Below are positions 53,168 to 62,763 of a DNA stretch of 64,000 bases, one piece after another. The notes beneath the pieces were generated by a model, which searched no databases, was not told where the DNA came from, and was given only the letters and a program-made list of their open reading frames with translations. Position numbers and translations under genes: made by a program. The stretch is from an uncultured Anaerolineales bacterium (GTDB taxonomy: Bacteria; Chloroflexota; Anaerolineae; Anaerolineales; UBA11858), in assembly GCA_964613985.1 (NCBI GenBank), contig CAZTJD010000003.1, forward strand, positions 35,791 to 99,790. Direction: 5' to 3'. Each line of letters starts with the position of its first letter. The first letter of the stretch is position 1.

Positions 53168-54106
53168 TTGTTTGAAATCACCTTTCTAGGCACCTCCGCT
53201 TCCGCACCTTCCGTTCACCGCGGCCTCTCCGCTCAAGTTGTGAAACATGACGAATACCGCTTCCTGATCGACTGTGGTGAAGGTACCCAAAGGCAGCTCC
53301 TTAAATCTGGCCTGGGTTTCAAACGCCTCAACCGGGTCTTAATCACGCATGGACACCTGGACCATATCCTGGGCTTGGGTGGATTACTTTCCACTTTCAT
53401 GCGCTGGGAAGCGATTGAAGAAATCGAAATCATGGGCGGTCGCAGCGCCCTGGCGCGGGTAGGAGACCTGCTGTTTGGCGTGGTGCTGCGAGGAATTGAA
53501 CCACCGGTAGACTTGAACCTTCGGGTGATTAAGCCAGGTGTGATTTTTGAGAATGATGATTTCACGGTTACTGCCTTTCCGGTATCCCACCGCGGACCGG
53601 ATTGTTTTGGATATGCTTTCGAAGGGAAACCCCGACGCCCCTTTCTGCCGGAGAAAGCAGAAGCCCTGAACATACCCCCAGGACCATGGCGCAGAGATCT
53701 TGTCGCAGGAAAACAAGCGACAATACCAGATGGACGAAAGATCGAACCGGACCAGGTATTGGGACTTGAACGCCCGGGAGCAAAACTGGTGCACGTCGGA
53801 GACGCAGGACAGGTGAGGAATCTAGTTGACCCGGTTCGTGATGCGGATGCGTTGGTGATCGAGGCGACCTACCTGGAACAGGACGCGGAAATGGGGCAGC
53901 GCTTTGGTCACCTTACTGCTCACCAGGCTGCTAAACTGGCTTTCGAAGCTGGTGTAAAAAACCTGATCCTCACCCACATTTCCCGCCGTTATCGGGAAAG
54001 AAATGTGCTGGAAGAGGCTAGAGTCATTTTCCCCGATGTGTATGTGGCCCGTGATTTTGATACTTACCTTATCAAAACAGGGGAGTGCCTAAAGATTAAC
54101 GAATGA
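53168..54106 (+). CDS. rnz: Ribonuclease Z (tRNA 3' endonuclease)
   Basis: FLGTSAS.P, DCGEGTQRQ, THGHLDHILG, exosite IPPGP, EATY, GHLTA, LTHISRRY. Confidence 0.93.
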   Translation: MFEITFLGTSASAPSVHRGLSAQVVKHDEYRFLIDCGEGTQRQLLKSGLGFKRLNRVLITHGHLDHILGLGGLLSTFMRWEAIEEIEIMGGRSALARVGDLLFGVVLRGIEPPVDLNLRVIKPGVIFENDDFTVTAFPVSHRGPDCFGYAFEGKPRRPFLPEKAEALNIPPGPWRRDLVAGKQATIPDGRKIEPDQVLGLERPGAKLVHVGDAGQVRNLVDPVRDADALVIEATYLEQDAEMGQRFGHLTAHQAAKLAFEAGVKNLILTHISRRYRERNVLEEARVIFPDVYVARDFDTYLIKTGECLKINE

Positions 54107-54146
54107 AGATTGATGATTGACAATTAAAGCGTGAAGATTAAGGTTG

Positions 54147-55715
54147 ATGGTTGATAATCATAACCCTAGTGTTGAGGGGACAAACAACCAGGTATTGTTA
54201 AGACACCTGGTTTTTGTGGTTTTTTGGACGCTTGTATTCACCCTTGCTTATGCCCAAAGCCCATTATTCACCTCCAACCAGAACCAATACTTTGTCCATG
54301 GCCTGGCAGAGGCAGGTTATGGGTACCTCGGACAGGATTGGCTGGCGAATACACTCGACCCAACCCCGGTTTTTAGCGGGTTGGTATCCTCGACCTACCG
54401 CATCATCCCCTGGATGCCTGTATATTATTTCCAATTCACCCTGCTGGCTGGGATTTACCTGTTTAGCTTATTCAGCATCCTGGTGGAGATTTTTCACCTC
54501 GAAGGTTCACCGTTAAAACATTGGGGCTTCCTGCTGGGGTCGGTGTTGCTGCATTCGGCTGCCCTTCGCTACCTGGTGGTGCGCATCTTCAACCAGGATT
54601 GGGTATACCTGTTCGATGGCGGGGTTGCCGGTCAACGCCTGTTGGGGTCGGTGCTGCAGCCCAGTACCTTTGGGGTGTTCCTGCTGCTCGCAATCGCCCT
54701 GTATCTACGAGGATTCCTGACAGGCGCAGTGGTCAGCCTTGCTCTAGCCTCGACTTTCCACCCGACTTACCTGTTCAGTGCCGGGATATTAACCTTGATC
54801 TTTATGGCCCTTGAATTTGCCAGGGAGAAACGGCTTGTTCGTCCCCTGACGGTTGGCGCTGGTGCACTACTGGGGATTGCCCCGGTATTGGTCATCACGT
54901 TCCGAACTTTTGGAGGGACAGATCCTTTACTGGCAGCACGAGCACGGGAACTGCTGGTAACCTTCCGAATCCCCCACCATGCCATCCCAGCGTTATGGTT
55001 CGATGGGTCCGTGGTAGTCAAATTCGCCTTCCTTCTCCTGGCATTATTTCTGACCAGAAAGACCCGCTTGTTCCATTTCTTGTTTTGGCCTGCCATTGTG
55101 GCATTGTTGGGGACAGCGATACAGATCCTCAGCGGTAGTGATGTGCTGGCGCTTCTTTTCCCCTGGCGACCTTCAACCTGGTTAGTACCGCTCTCTACAG
55201 GTGTTGTGCTATTTTGGAGTCTGGAACAACTCTGGCCCCAAGTTGAGAAAAACTTATCCTCAAAGCTGGTCATCTCCTTGACATTTATTGGTGCACTTGC
55301 CCTGGCTGGGACCGGTTTGGCGAAGTCGCTCGTGGAGTACCAAGAGCGGGTGAACGGAAAAGACCGTCCGATCATGGCCCATATCCGCTTATCGAAACAA
55401 CCTGGGGAGGTTTACCTGATCCCCCTGGATATGCAGGATTTCCGCCTGGAGACCGGGGCACCTGCCTACGTGGAATTCAAATCCATCCCCTACAAAGATA
55501 CCGATGTACTGGAATGGTATCGCCGTGTCTCGCTGGCAGGTAGGCTGTACCAAGCCCCATACAAGCGTAGTGGCTGCCAGATCATATCCCAACTGGCTGA
55601 AGAAGGCGTCACCCACGTCATCCTGCCCTATGACCACGCTTTGCAGAAATGTGAAAACCTGAAGAGGGGATATTGGGATTGGAATTATGTATTGTATGAG
55701 GTTAGGGATAACTGA
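54147..55715 (+). CDS. Multi-pass membrane protein (DUF6798-like, possibly GT-C fold)
   Basis: About 12 hydrophobic segments, SNQNQY...DWLANT.DPTP, FHPTY, RIPHHA, C-terminal FKSIP...EWYRR. Family recalled from memory. Confidence 0.55.
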   Translation: MVDNHNPSVEGTNNQVLLRHLVFVVFWTLVFTLAYAQSPLFTSNQNQYFVHGLAEAGYGYLGQDWLANTLDPTPVFSGLVSSTYRIIPWMPVYYFQFTLLAGIYLFSLFSILVEIFHLEGSPLKHWGFLLGSVLLHSAALRYLVVRIFNQDWVYLFDGGVAGQRLLGSVLQPSTFGVFLLLAIALYLRGFLTGAVVSLALASTFHPTYLFSAGILTLIFMALEFAREKRLVRPLTVGAGALLGIAPVLVITFRTFGGTDPLLAARARELLVTFRIPHHAIPALWFDGSVVVKFAFLLLALFLTRKTRLFHFLFWPAIVALLGTAIQILSGSDVLALLFPWRPSTWLVPLSTGVVLFWSLEQLWPQVEKNLSSKLVISLTFIGALALAGTGLAKSLVEYQERVNGKDRPIMAHIRLSKQPGEVYLIPLDMQDFRLETGAPAYVEFKSIPYKDTDVLEWYRRVSLAGRLYQAPYKRSGCQIISQLAEEGVTHVILPYDHALQKCENLKRGYWDWNYVLYEVRDN

Positions 55716-55843
55716 CCAGGGACCAGGGATTGAGATGATGTATCAGGGATAAGTGGAGAGGGTAGAGAATTCAGAATTTTATCTTAACTCATCTGCAACA
55801 TGAAAGTGGAAATGATGATTATTGGTCGAGTTGGTACTCGATA

Positions 55844-57640
55844 TCATGCGGCAGGTGAGACAACTTCAGCGAGGAAGACTTCGAAGGGGGCTAGGGTGAG
55901 GGAGGAGAGAGGATAGGTGGTTCCAAGCTGGTGGTGGGTGGAGAAAGAGCATTGGATAGCGGCATGTTTTTTCGCTGGGATGAGAAAGGTGAGATCCAAA
56001 TAGTGGGTGTCCTTGGAGAAATTGAGGAGGACCAGGTGGGGGGGTTGGTTTTGGAGTTGGCGGATATAAGCCAGGATGGATTTGATTTGTATGTCATCCC
56101 GAAGGTCAATGGGCTGATAAGACCCAATTTGAAGGGCTGGTTTCTCCCGGCGAAGATGAAGTAAGCACTTGTAATAACAAAGTAGCGAATCGGGGTCTTC
56201 GAGCTGCTCATCCACATTGACGGTCTGGTGGTAATCCGGGTTCACTGGCAGCCAGGTGCGGATGCCTGGGGGGCTGAAACCGGCGTTGGGTTCGTTAGCC
56301 CACTGCATCGGAGTGCGGCACCGGTCACGACCGCGCTCCAGGGCGAGGTTCAATGCTTCATAAGAAGTCATACCCTGTTTCAAGGCTGCCTCATAGACCC
56401 ACAGGCTGACCTGGTCCCGGACCTGGGACAGGTCATCGAGGCGGTGATTGGTCATTCCGACCTCCTCGCCGTAATAAAGGAAAGGGGTTCCAGGCAAAGT
56501 GAGCAGCATCGCCAGGGAGACGCGCACCAGTTCCTGGTCGTGGACTCCGTCAGAGTGGGCTTGGATGGTGCGCGGTCGATCGTGGTTCCCCAACATGTTC
56601 GACTGCCAGCCCCCAGGTGGGATATTCGCCCATCGCTGACAAAGGTTTTCCCGGATAAGCCTTGGTTTGAGTTGCCCAATATTCATCAAGGGGAAGTTAA
56701 AGACCATATGCAGGCAATCATGACCATCCCCAAGGAATTCCAAGCGGTCGCTCTCGCCGATCAGAAATCGATCATCATACTCGTCCACCAAGGCGCGCAG
56801 TTCCTTCATCAAATCGAACCCACCGGGCTGGTTGACCTGGTATTGGAAGATGCGAGCCTGGTCGCCATGCTGTTTGCGCTGCTCGCTACTAGCAGAGAGC
56901 AGATAGCTGGTCAGGTCACTTTGAGTGCGTTCCACAGGGTGGTCAGGCAGGCCAGGGTGTTCATAGAGGGTGTCGATGGCGTCCAACCGGAATCCGTCTA
57001 CTCCCAGGTCGAGCCAGAACCGGGCGACATCCCACATGGCTTCCTTGACAGCAGGATTACGCCAGTCAAGATCAGGCTGTTCCTTGAAGAAGAGGTGGTA
57101 ATAGTATTCGTCAGTGATAGGGTCAAGGGTCCAGGCGGAGCCTCCGAAGGCAGAGAGCCAGTTATTTGGAGGGAGCCGATCTTCAGTTATGCCCTCCCCC
57201 TTTCCTTCTCTTCCAGAGGCAGAGGGGATTTTTCCGGGATGCCAGACGTACCAGTCCCGCTTGGGGTTGTTCTTGGAGGACCTCGATTCCTGGAACCAGG
57301 GGTGCTGGTCGGATGTGTGATTGAGGACCAGGTCGGTGACGACCTTGAGGCCGCGGTGATGGACTCCATCCAGAAAGCATTGGAAGTCTGATAAAGTACC
57401 GTATTCAGGATTTACGGCGCAGTAGTCGGTGATGTCGTAGCCGCAATCCACCTGGGGGGAGGGGTAATGGGGGGAGAGCCACAGGGCATCGACGCCCAGA
57501 TCGCATAGGTAGTCAAGTTTTTCGATGATGCCTTGGAGGTCGCCAATCCCGTCGCCGTTCCCGTCGGCAAAGCTGCGAGGGTAGATCTGGTAGAAAACAG
57601 CGCGGTGGTGCCAGGGCGAGGTAGGGGATGAGATGTTCAT
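55844..57640 (-). CDS. GH13 alpha-glucosidase / oligo-1,6-glucosidase
   Basis: YQIYPRSFADGNGDGIGDL, DLVLNHTSDQHPWF, EQPDLDW, GFRLDA, IGE, NHD, YYGEEVGM, RDRCRTPMQW. Confidence 0.93.
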   Translation of the reverse strand: MNISSPTSPWHHRAVFYQIYPRSFADGNGDGIGDLQGIIEKLDYLCDLGVDALWLSPHYPSPQVDCGYDITDYCAVNPEYGTLSDFQCFLDGVHHRGLKVVTDLVLNHTSDQHPWFQESRSSKNNPKRDWYVWHPGKIPSASGREGKGEGITEDRLPPNNWLSAFGGSAWTLDPITDEYYYHLFFKEQPDLDWRNPAVKEAMWDVARFWLDLGVDGFRLDAIDTLYEHPGLPDHPVERTQSDLTSYLLSASSEQRKQHGDQARIFQYQVNQPGGFDLMKELRALVDEYDDRFLIGESDRLEFLGDGHDCLHMVFNFPLMNIGQLKPRLIRENLCQRWANIPPGGWQSNMLGNHDRPRTIQAHSDGVHDQELVRVSLAMLLTLPGTPFLYYGEEVGMTNHRLDDLSQVRDQVSLWVYEAALKQGMTSYEALNLALERGRDRCRTPMQWANEPNAGFSPPGIRTWLPVNPDYHQTVNVDEQLEDPDSLLCYYKCLLHLRREKPALQIGSYQPIDLRDDIQIKSILAYIRQLQNQPPHLVLLNFSKDTHYLDLTFLIPAKKHAAIQCSFSTHHQLGTTYPLSSLTLAPFEVFLAEVVSPAA

Positions 57641-57788
57641 GGTTGTACCAGATTCTATTTCACACTTGGAAAGAATATTTTCGACCTCTATTTTTGTGGA
57701 GGTTTATAAAGTTACAATCTAAAATCACCTGAGGATTTGATTTTTTCTCATAAATTAATCAAATAACTAATCCTTTTTCCTTGGTTTG

Positions 57789-58475
57789 TTACAGCGAAAA
57801 CTGATCCCCGGGCTGGAGAACATGAGGAATTGTACTGGTCTCTGCGGCTACACGATCGGCCCAGGCCTGGGGGTCCTGCAGGATGATGGGCCAGGTATTG
57901 TAGTGGACGGGGATGACGTGCTTCGGGGCGATCATCTTCACCGCCCGCAGGGCATCGTCCGGCCCCATGGTGTAGTTATCGCCAATGGGCAGGACAGCCA
58001 GATCGATGCCTTCTTCACCGATCAGGCGCATCCCGGCAAACAAGCCGGTGTCGCAAGCCAGGTAGATCTTCTCACCATCCCTGGTGGTGAGCAGGATGCC
58101 AGCGGGATTGCCACCATAAGAGCCATCTGGCAAGCCGGAACCATGGAGCGCCTGGGTGAGTTTGAGATAGCCGAAGGGATGGTGGAAGCCACCGCCGATG
58201 TGCTGCCCGTGCAGGTTCTCCAGCCCCTGGCTTCCCAACCAGTTGACGATCTCGAAGTTGGAGATGACCTGGGCGCCGGTCCTTTTGGCAATGGTGACGG
58301 CGTCTTCGATATGGTCGCCGTGCCCATGGCTGACGACGATGAAATCCGCTTCGACCTCATCTGCGGTGGTACTGGCGGAGGGGTTGGTGGTGAAGAAGGG
58401 GTCAACGATGATTTTATAATCGCCAGTTTCGATGCCGTGGGTGCCGTGTCCGAACCAGATGTAGGTGAATGACAT
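57789..58475 (-). CDS. UPF0173 metal-dependent hydrolase (MBL fold)
   Basis: WFGHG, VDPF, SHGHGDH, ALHGS, LPIGDNYTMG, IPVHYNTW; AGGAG RBS before ATG at 58475. Confidence 0.9.
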   Translation of the reverse strand: MSFTYIWFGHGTHGIETGDYKIIVDPFFTTNPSASTTADEVEADFIVVSHGHGDHIEDAVTIAKRTGAQVISNFEIVNWLGSQGLENLHGQHIGGGFHHPFGYLKLTQALHGSGLPDGSYGGNPAGILLTTRDGEKIYLACDTGLFAGMRLIGEEGIDLAVLPIGDNYTMGPDDALRAVKMIAPKHVIPVHYNTWPIILQDPQAWADRVAAETSTIPHVLQPGDQFSL

Positions 58476-58602
58476 GGGGTTTCTCCTTTTTTTTATTGCC
58501 ACGAATTGTTATAAAAATATATTTTCCCAAGGGTGAAATGTTCTTTTATTTATTTTAACAAGGTTTGAAATTCTCGGCCAATGTCCAGGCAAGATGGAGA
58601 CA

Positions 58603-58733
58603 GAGATCCTTCATTCCGCTTCGCTTCATTCCTAAGAAACTGCTTCGCCGAGGACGGCGATTTGAGCGAGATGCTGGGATGTTTCTTGAGGGATGAAATG
58701 CACTTTAGCGATGCGGATTTGTTCAGGATAACA
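58603..58733. repeat. REP-like copy interrupted by a nested hairpin
   Basis: GAGATCCTTCATTCCGCTTCGCTTCATTC...AGGATAACA with internal IR TTCATTCCTAAGAAAC / GTTTCTTGAGGGATGAA. Confidence 0.5.
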
Positions 58734-58761
58734 TTATTACGAAAGTTGATTAACCCACACC

Positions 58762-58904
58762 CTAGTAGACTGTCCATCGTCATTCTTAATAATGTCATTC
58801 TGAAGTAGCGCTCTTTGCTACTGAAGAATCTCTAGTGCTATGTGAGAGATGCTTCGTTTCACTCATTTTGACGAATAGAAGATTCATGATGGACAGACTA
58901 CTAG
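58762..58904. mobile_element. MITE-like element with 22-bp imperfect TIRs, CTAG flanks and an internal REP doublet
   Basis: CTAG|TAGACTGTCCATCGTCATTCTT ... AAGATTCATGATGGACAGACTA|CTAG (18/22 IR match). Internal TGTCATTCTGAAG...GAAGAATCTC / GAGATGCTTCGTTTCACTCATTTTGAC. Confidence 0.65.
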
Positions 58905-59197
58905 TTGAAAGATGGGTTATTGATTAGAGACGAGATTTCTAAACCTCAGTCCCAATCCACAAGACACCTTAGTTATAGAGCCTAACTTTGGCTGAAATTG
59001 TTACCTATTAAAATGATACTCCAGCATGAAATCAAAAAAATAGAAGTAGAGGAAAATGTAGGTCTATGACTTAATGATACCTGTAGAATGCAAATCAAAC
59101 AACTCCTTTACATAGAAAGGCTCTTCTGTCCACAGCATTGTAAAACCCAAATTTAATTCAAGGTAGCAGGACAGTAAAACCAAATAGAAACATGTAC

Positions 59198-59226
59198 TTG
59201 ACAACGCACGAAAACAAGTATATACT
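59198..59226 (+). promoter_or_regulatory. Near-consensus sigma70 promoter
   Basis: TTGACA-17 nt-TATACT. Confidence 0.8.
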
Positions 59227-59268
59227 ATAGGAAAGTACTTCCTATTATAAAGTACTTTATTATAGGAA
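59227..59268. promoter_or_regulatory. Tandem palindromic operator (AAGTACTT cores)
   Basis: ATAGGAAAGTACTTCCTAT overlapping TTCCTATTATAAAGTACTTTATTATAGGAA, covering the predicted TSS. Confidence 0.65.
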
Positions 59269-59294
59269 TAATATTTGCACCTTTGGAGGTTACC

Positions 59295-59942
59295 ATGTCT
59301 GAAAACAGAACCCTAAAAGCCGTTGACCGCAAAATCTTCAAATCCTATTTTGAAGACGGGCTGCTGGATATCTTCCTGGCGTCTTTCATACTCATGTTCG
59401 CAGTCGCCCCTTTACTGAGCAGCACACTGGGAGATTTTTGGAGCTCATTCATTTTCTTACCCTTTTGGGGATTGGTTTACCTGATCCTTCGATATCTCCG
59501 GCAGAGGATGATCGCGCCCAGGGTTGGAACTGTAAACTGGGGTGAAATGCGTAAGAAGAAACTTCGCCTGGGCAACACAATCATGCTGATCATTAACCTT
59601 ATTTTTCTAGGATTAGGCATCATCTCCTTCCTGGCATCCATTTCATCGGGGTATGCCATGTCAATCCTGTTTGGAATCATGGTCCTGATTCTTTTCAGTG
59701 GTGCAGGATATATGCTTGATAATGAGCCCCTTTACGTATATGGGGTGTTGGTTGCATTGGCAATACCATTGGGAGAATGGCTATACCAGAACGCTGGTTT
59801 TTCCCACCATGGGTATCCCGCTGTCTTCGGAACCGTGGCAGGGATCATGCTACTCCGAGGATTGTATAAATTTGTCAGCCTCGTAAAAAAGACCCCTATT
59901 CCTCCAGATGAACAAGTGTCAAAGGAATACAACCATGGGTAA
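59295..59942 (+). CDS. Hypothetical membrane protein (about 6 TM)
   Basis: YFEDGLLDIFL, PRVG motifs and hydrophobic segments; GGAGG RBS. Confidence 0.8.
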   Translation: MSENRTLKAVDRKIFKSYFEDGLLDIFLASFILMFAVAPLLSSTLGDFWSSFIFLPFWGLVYLILRYLRQRMIAPRVGTVNWGEMRKKKLRLGNTIMLIINLIFLGLGIISFLASISSGYAMSILFGIMVLILFSGAGYMLDNEPLYVYGVLVALAIPLGEWLYQNAGFSHHGYPAVFGTVAGIMLLRGLYKFVSLVKKTPIPPDEQVSKEYNHG

Positions 59943-60264
59943 GAAACAGCAGGGAAAACAAGGCCTGGAACCTTTAGAAGAAATTGATTCGCTGATCCAC
60001 TCCCCCACCCGGTTAAAGATTCTGGTCTACCTTTATATGGTCGAGAATATGGATTATGTTTACCTGAAACGCGTTACGGACCTAACCTGGGGCAACTTAT
60101 CGAAACACCTCACCAGGTTAGAAGAAGCCGGTTATGTGGCTACGGAAAAAACTTTCGAGAATAAAAAACCGAAAACCACAATCTGGCTGACCAAATCAGG
60201 GCGGGAAGCTTTTCAAAACTACAAGGAGAGCCTGCTAAAAATCTTTGATGGTTTACCAGATTAA
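59935..60264 (+). CDS. Winged-helix transcriptional regulator (HTH_34/ArsR-MarR-like)
   Basis: IDSLIHSPTRLKIL, LTWGNLSKHLTRLEEAGYV, KPKTTIWLTKSGREAF. Confidence 0.9.
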   Translation: MGKKQQGKQGLEPLEEIDSLIHSPTRLKILVYLYMVENMDYVYLKRVTDLTWGNLSKHLTRLEEAGYVATEKTFENKKPKTTIWLTKSGREAFQNYKESLLKIFDGLPD

Positions 60265-60291
60265 TAGTGAATGTTAATCACCGGAAAGTTT

Positions 60292-61128
60292 TTAAGACCT
60301 GGATTGTTTCTGAATTTTTGTGACCAGGTCGTAAATTTTACGCCGCGGCCAATTGGATTCGGAGGCGAGGTCTCGGGCGATGTCCGTAGGGGTTTCGTCT
60401 CGGGATAAACGCTCTTGAATAGCCTTTACCAACTGCTGCTGGGACCATGTTACGGGTCCGGGTGTTGCTCCAGCGATCACCAGGGTGATTTCACCACGAG
60501 GTGGGTTCCCCTTAAAATGTTCTATCGCATCGGGAATAAGGCCGCGAAAGACTTCTTCGTGCAACTTGGTCAGCTCCCTGGCAACAGCTATGCGGCGATC
60601 ACCAAGGACGGCATGAACATCTTGCAAGGCGTCGTTTAAGCGATGTGGTACCTCAAGGAGTACCAAAGTATAGGGCAGTTCTTTAACCTCCCCCAGGAAT
60701 TTCTGCCGTTCGGATCTCTTGCGGGGGAGATAACCGAGGTAGGTAAACCGGTCAGTTGGTAACCCAGAAACCACCAGGGCTACCAGCGGTGCGCTTGGAC
60801 CGGGGATAGGGCTGACTATATGACCCGCCTCTATCGCTGCCTGGAGGAGCAAATACCCGGGATCGTTAAGCGCCGGGGTCCCAGCATCTGAGACCAAGGC
60901 AACATCACCACTCGAAAGCGCATCCAGGATCGTATCCAGCCTGCTGAGTTCGTTGTGTTCATAGTAACTAATTAACCGGGTCTGGATGCCAAGGTGATTG
61001 AGGAGTTTCCTGGTTTGACGGGTATCCTCTGCGGCAATCAAGGGAACCTCGGATAAGATCCGGACAGCGCGAGCGGTGATGTCTTCAAGGTTACCGATGG
61101 GAGTGGCGACTAAGTACAAGGTGCCCAT
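60292..61128 (-). CDS. rsmI: 16S rRNA C1402 2'-O-methyltransferase
   Basis: LYLVATPIGNLEDIT, AEDTR, SDAGTP...DPG, PGPSA, ARELTKLHEE, RGEITL. Confidence 0.96.
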   Translation of the reverse strand: MGTLYLVATPIGNLEDITARAVRILSEVPLIAAEDTRQTRKLLNHLGIQTRLISYYEHNELSRLDTILDALSSGDVALVSDAGTPALNDPGYLLLQAAIEAGHIVSPIPGPSAPLVALVVSGLPTDRFTYLGYLPRKRSERQKFLGEVKELPYTLVLLEVPHRLNDALQDVHAVLGDRRIAVARELTKLHEEVFRGLIPDAIEHFKGNPPRGEITLVIAGATPGPVTWSQQQLVKAIQERLSRDETPTDIARDLASESNWPRRKIYDLVTKIQKQSRS

Positions 61129-61207
61129 AATATATACCGTTTAGAAGATATAAATAAGTCTACTGTAAAAAGGTAGTGAATGATTTCTAGATGGAAAAAG
61201 AAACCCA

Positions 61208-61304
61208 AAAAACCGAGTTTTTCGAGGGTGTTATCCCTCAAATTGCTGATTTTCGACCCAAAAGTGGAAAACTTTTACCATCAAATCATAAAAACTCGGT
61301 TTTT
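61208..61304. repeat. 15-bp inverted repeat pair
   Basis: AAAAACCGAGTTTTT (61208-61222) and AAAAACTCGGTTTTT (61290-61304). Confidence 0.55.
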
Positions 61305-61419
61305 GCAGCGAAGATATAAATTAAATAGAACCCGAGAGTTCGATAAATGTTTCCTGATAAGTATTCAAGTTAACCTTGCCCTCTCCTGATCCCTGGTAAC
61401 CAGTGACTTATACGCTGCC

Positions 61420-62505
61420 TCAGGGCATCTTCCAGGTCAACACAAGCAGGGTGACCATCTCGGTGTCTGGATCGATGCCATCAAAGCGTGTCCAGCCTGG
61501 CAGACCGAGGTTGGTGCGGTGGCAGATATAGGTACCTACCGGGAGGTCGTTCAGGAAGATTGGTGCGTTTGCCAGGTTGGCTGTCTGGCAATCGCTAAGA
61601 GTGGGTTGTGAATCCCCAAAAACGCTGACCGTTACCCCAATTACCGGGAACAACTGATACCGCAGGTCGATTATTGTCGTCCGGTATCGCAAGTCAGGGT
61701 TACCTGCATTTACTGAGAGGTTATCCAGGTCCAGGCCGTCGTCGAGTACCAGAGTAATTGAACCGCTAGCCTGAACCTCGGCAGTCGGTGTTGGGGATGG
61801 TGCGATAGTTACGGTTTCAGCAACATCAGAGATCACCTTTATCCGCACCCAAAACGGTGACTCGCCACCTGGACCAATCCCAAATAGCACTCCATCCGCA
61901 TTACGGAGCTTCCAATTGCCCTGGTATGTCCCAGCCTGAGCAGGTGCGACCATATTCACGGATATATCAATACTTGAACCAGGGACTACTGAGCTTTCTA
62001 AAGGTTGACTGGACGAGGCATCCATGATTTCACCAGAAAAGAAGACAGCATCATAATCCTTCGTCCAGGTGCAGGTGCCAACATTCTCCACCCGCCAGAT
62101 TTTCGTGAATGATTCTCCTGGCTCCATCGCGGTATCGTCTTCAATGGTGATGTCGATTTTGGGATATCCAGCAGCAGCCAGGTCGCAGCTATCCGCGGTC
62201 ACCTGGGGATTGGTGGTAACTGTAGCATTGATTGTTGAATTCTGGGTGGGAGTGACAGAGGCATCCTCCTGAGGTGAAATCGTTGCTGTTGGACTTGGTT
62301 CTGATCCGGTTGGGGAGGAGGTACCAACAGGAGTCTGTCCAACTGCGAAGGTGAGTTTTGCCTGGATCGTCTGGTAAGCCTGGGTAACATCCAGATTTGC
62401 CTGGGAGCTGGCTGCGCCGGGCATATTGCAGCCAGCCAGAATGCCAGTAAGCCCCAGACCCAGAAAAACTGAAAGGACCAGGAGCAAGCGGGGATTTTTG
62501 ATCAT
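61420..62505 (-). CDS. Lipoprotein with NBR1-Ig-like domain
   Basis: Lipobox LAGC, Thr/Pro-rich linker, DITIEDD...PGESFTKIWRVENVGTCTW...GTYQGNWKL...FG. Confidence 0.85.
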   Translation of the reverse strand: MIKNPRLLLVLSVFLGLGLTGILAGCNMPGAASSQANLDVTQAYQTIQAKLTFAVGQTPVGTSSPTGSEPSPTATISPQEDASVTPTQNSTINATVTTNPQVTADSCDLAAAGYPKIDITIEDDTAMEPGESFTKIWRVENVGTCTWTKDYDAVFFSGEIMDASSSQPLESSVVPGSSIDISVNMVAPAQAGTYQGNWKLRNADGVLFGIGPGGESPFWVRIKVISDVAETVTIAPSPTPTAEVQASGSITLVLDDGLDLDNLSVNAGNPDLRYRTTIIDLRYQLFPVIGVTVSVFGDSQPTLSDCQTANLANAPIFLNDLPVGTYICHRTNLGLPGWTRFDGIDPDTEMVTLLVLTWKMP

Positions 62506-62705
62506 CCTTCCGTACCTTTATCTTTCTCTACAACCTTTTTTAACCTACGTGCGAGTTTCCTGCGGGAAAGAAGGACCCTGCGTTTACAACCCTGGCACTC
62601 CAGGCCGATATCTGCCCCAAGGCGAGTGACCTTCCACTCATAACTTCCACAAGGGTGTGGTTTTCTCAGGCGGACGATATCGTCTAAATCCAGGTCTGGA
62701 AGCAT
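62502..62705 (-). CDS. DUF951-family protein
   Basis: DIVRLRKPHPCGS..W...RLGADIGLECQGC.R. Confidence 0.9.
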   Translation of the reverse strand: MLPDLDLDDIVRLRKPHPCGSYEWKVTRLGADIGLECQGCKRRVLLSRRKLARRLKKVVEKDKGTEG

Positions 62706-62711
62706 ATTGGC

Positions 62712-62738
62712 ATTATATCACGGTGAGAATGGTATAAT
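62712..62738. promoter_or_regulatory. Back-to-back extended -10 promoters
   Basis: Minus strand: TG-A-TATAAT, 6 nt, then the DUF951 ATG. Plus strand: TG-G-TATAAT before the GGAGG RBS of the protease gene. Confidence 0.6.
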
Positions 62739-62763
62739 CCCAATGCATGGAGGTTCCTATCGT

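Noticed and set aside
56228-57391. 387-aa plus-strand ORF
   Set aside because: Lies antisense within the GH13 gene; explained by codon bias and has no recognisable motifs.
57786-58472. 228-aa plus-strand ORF
   Set aside because: Antisense shadow of the UPF0173 hydrolase.
58550-58808. Small ORFs on both strands
   Set aside because: They run through REP/MITE-like repeats.
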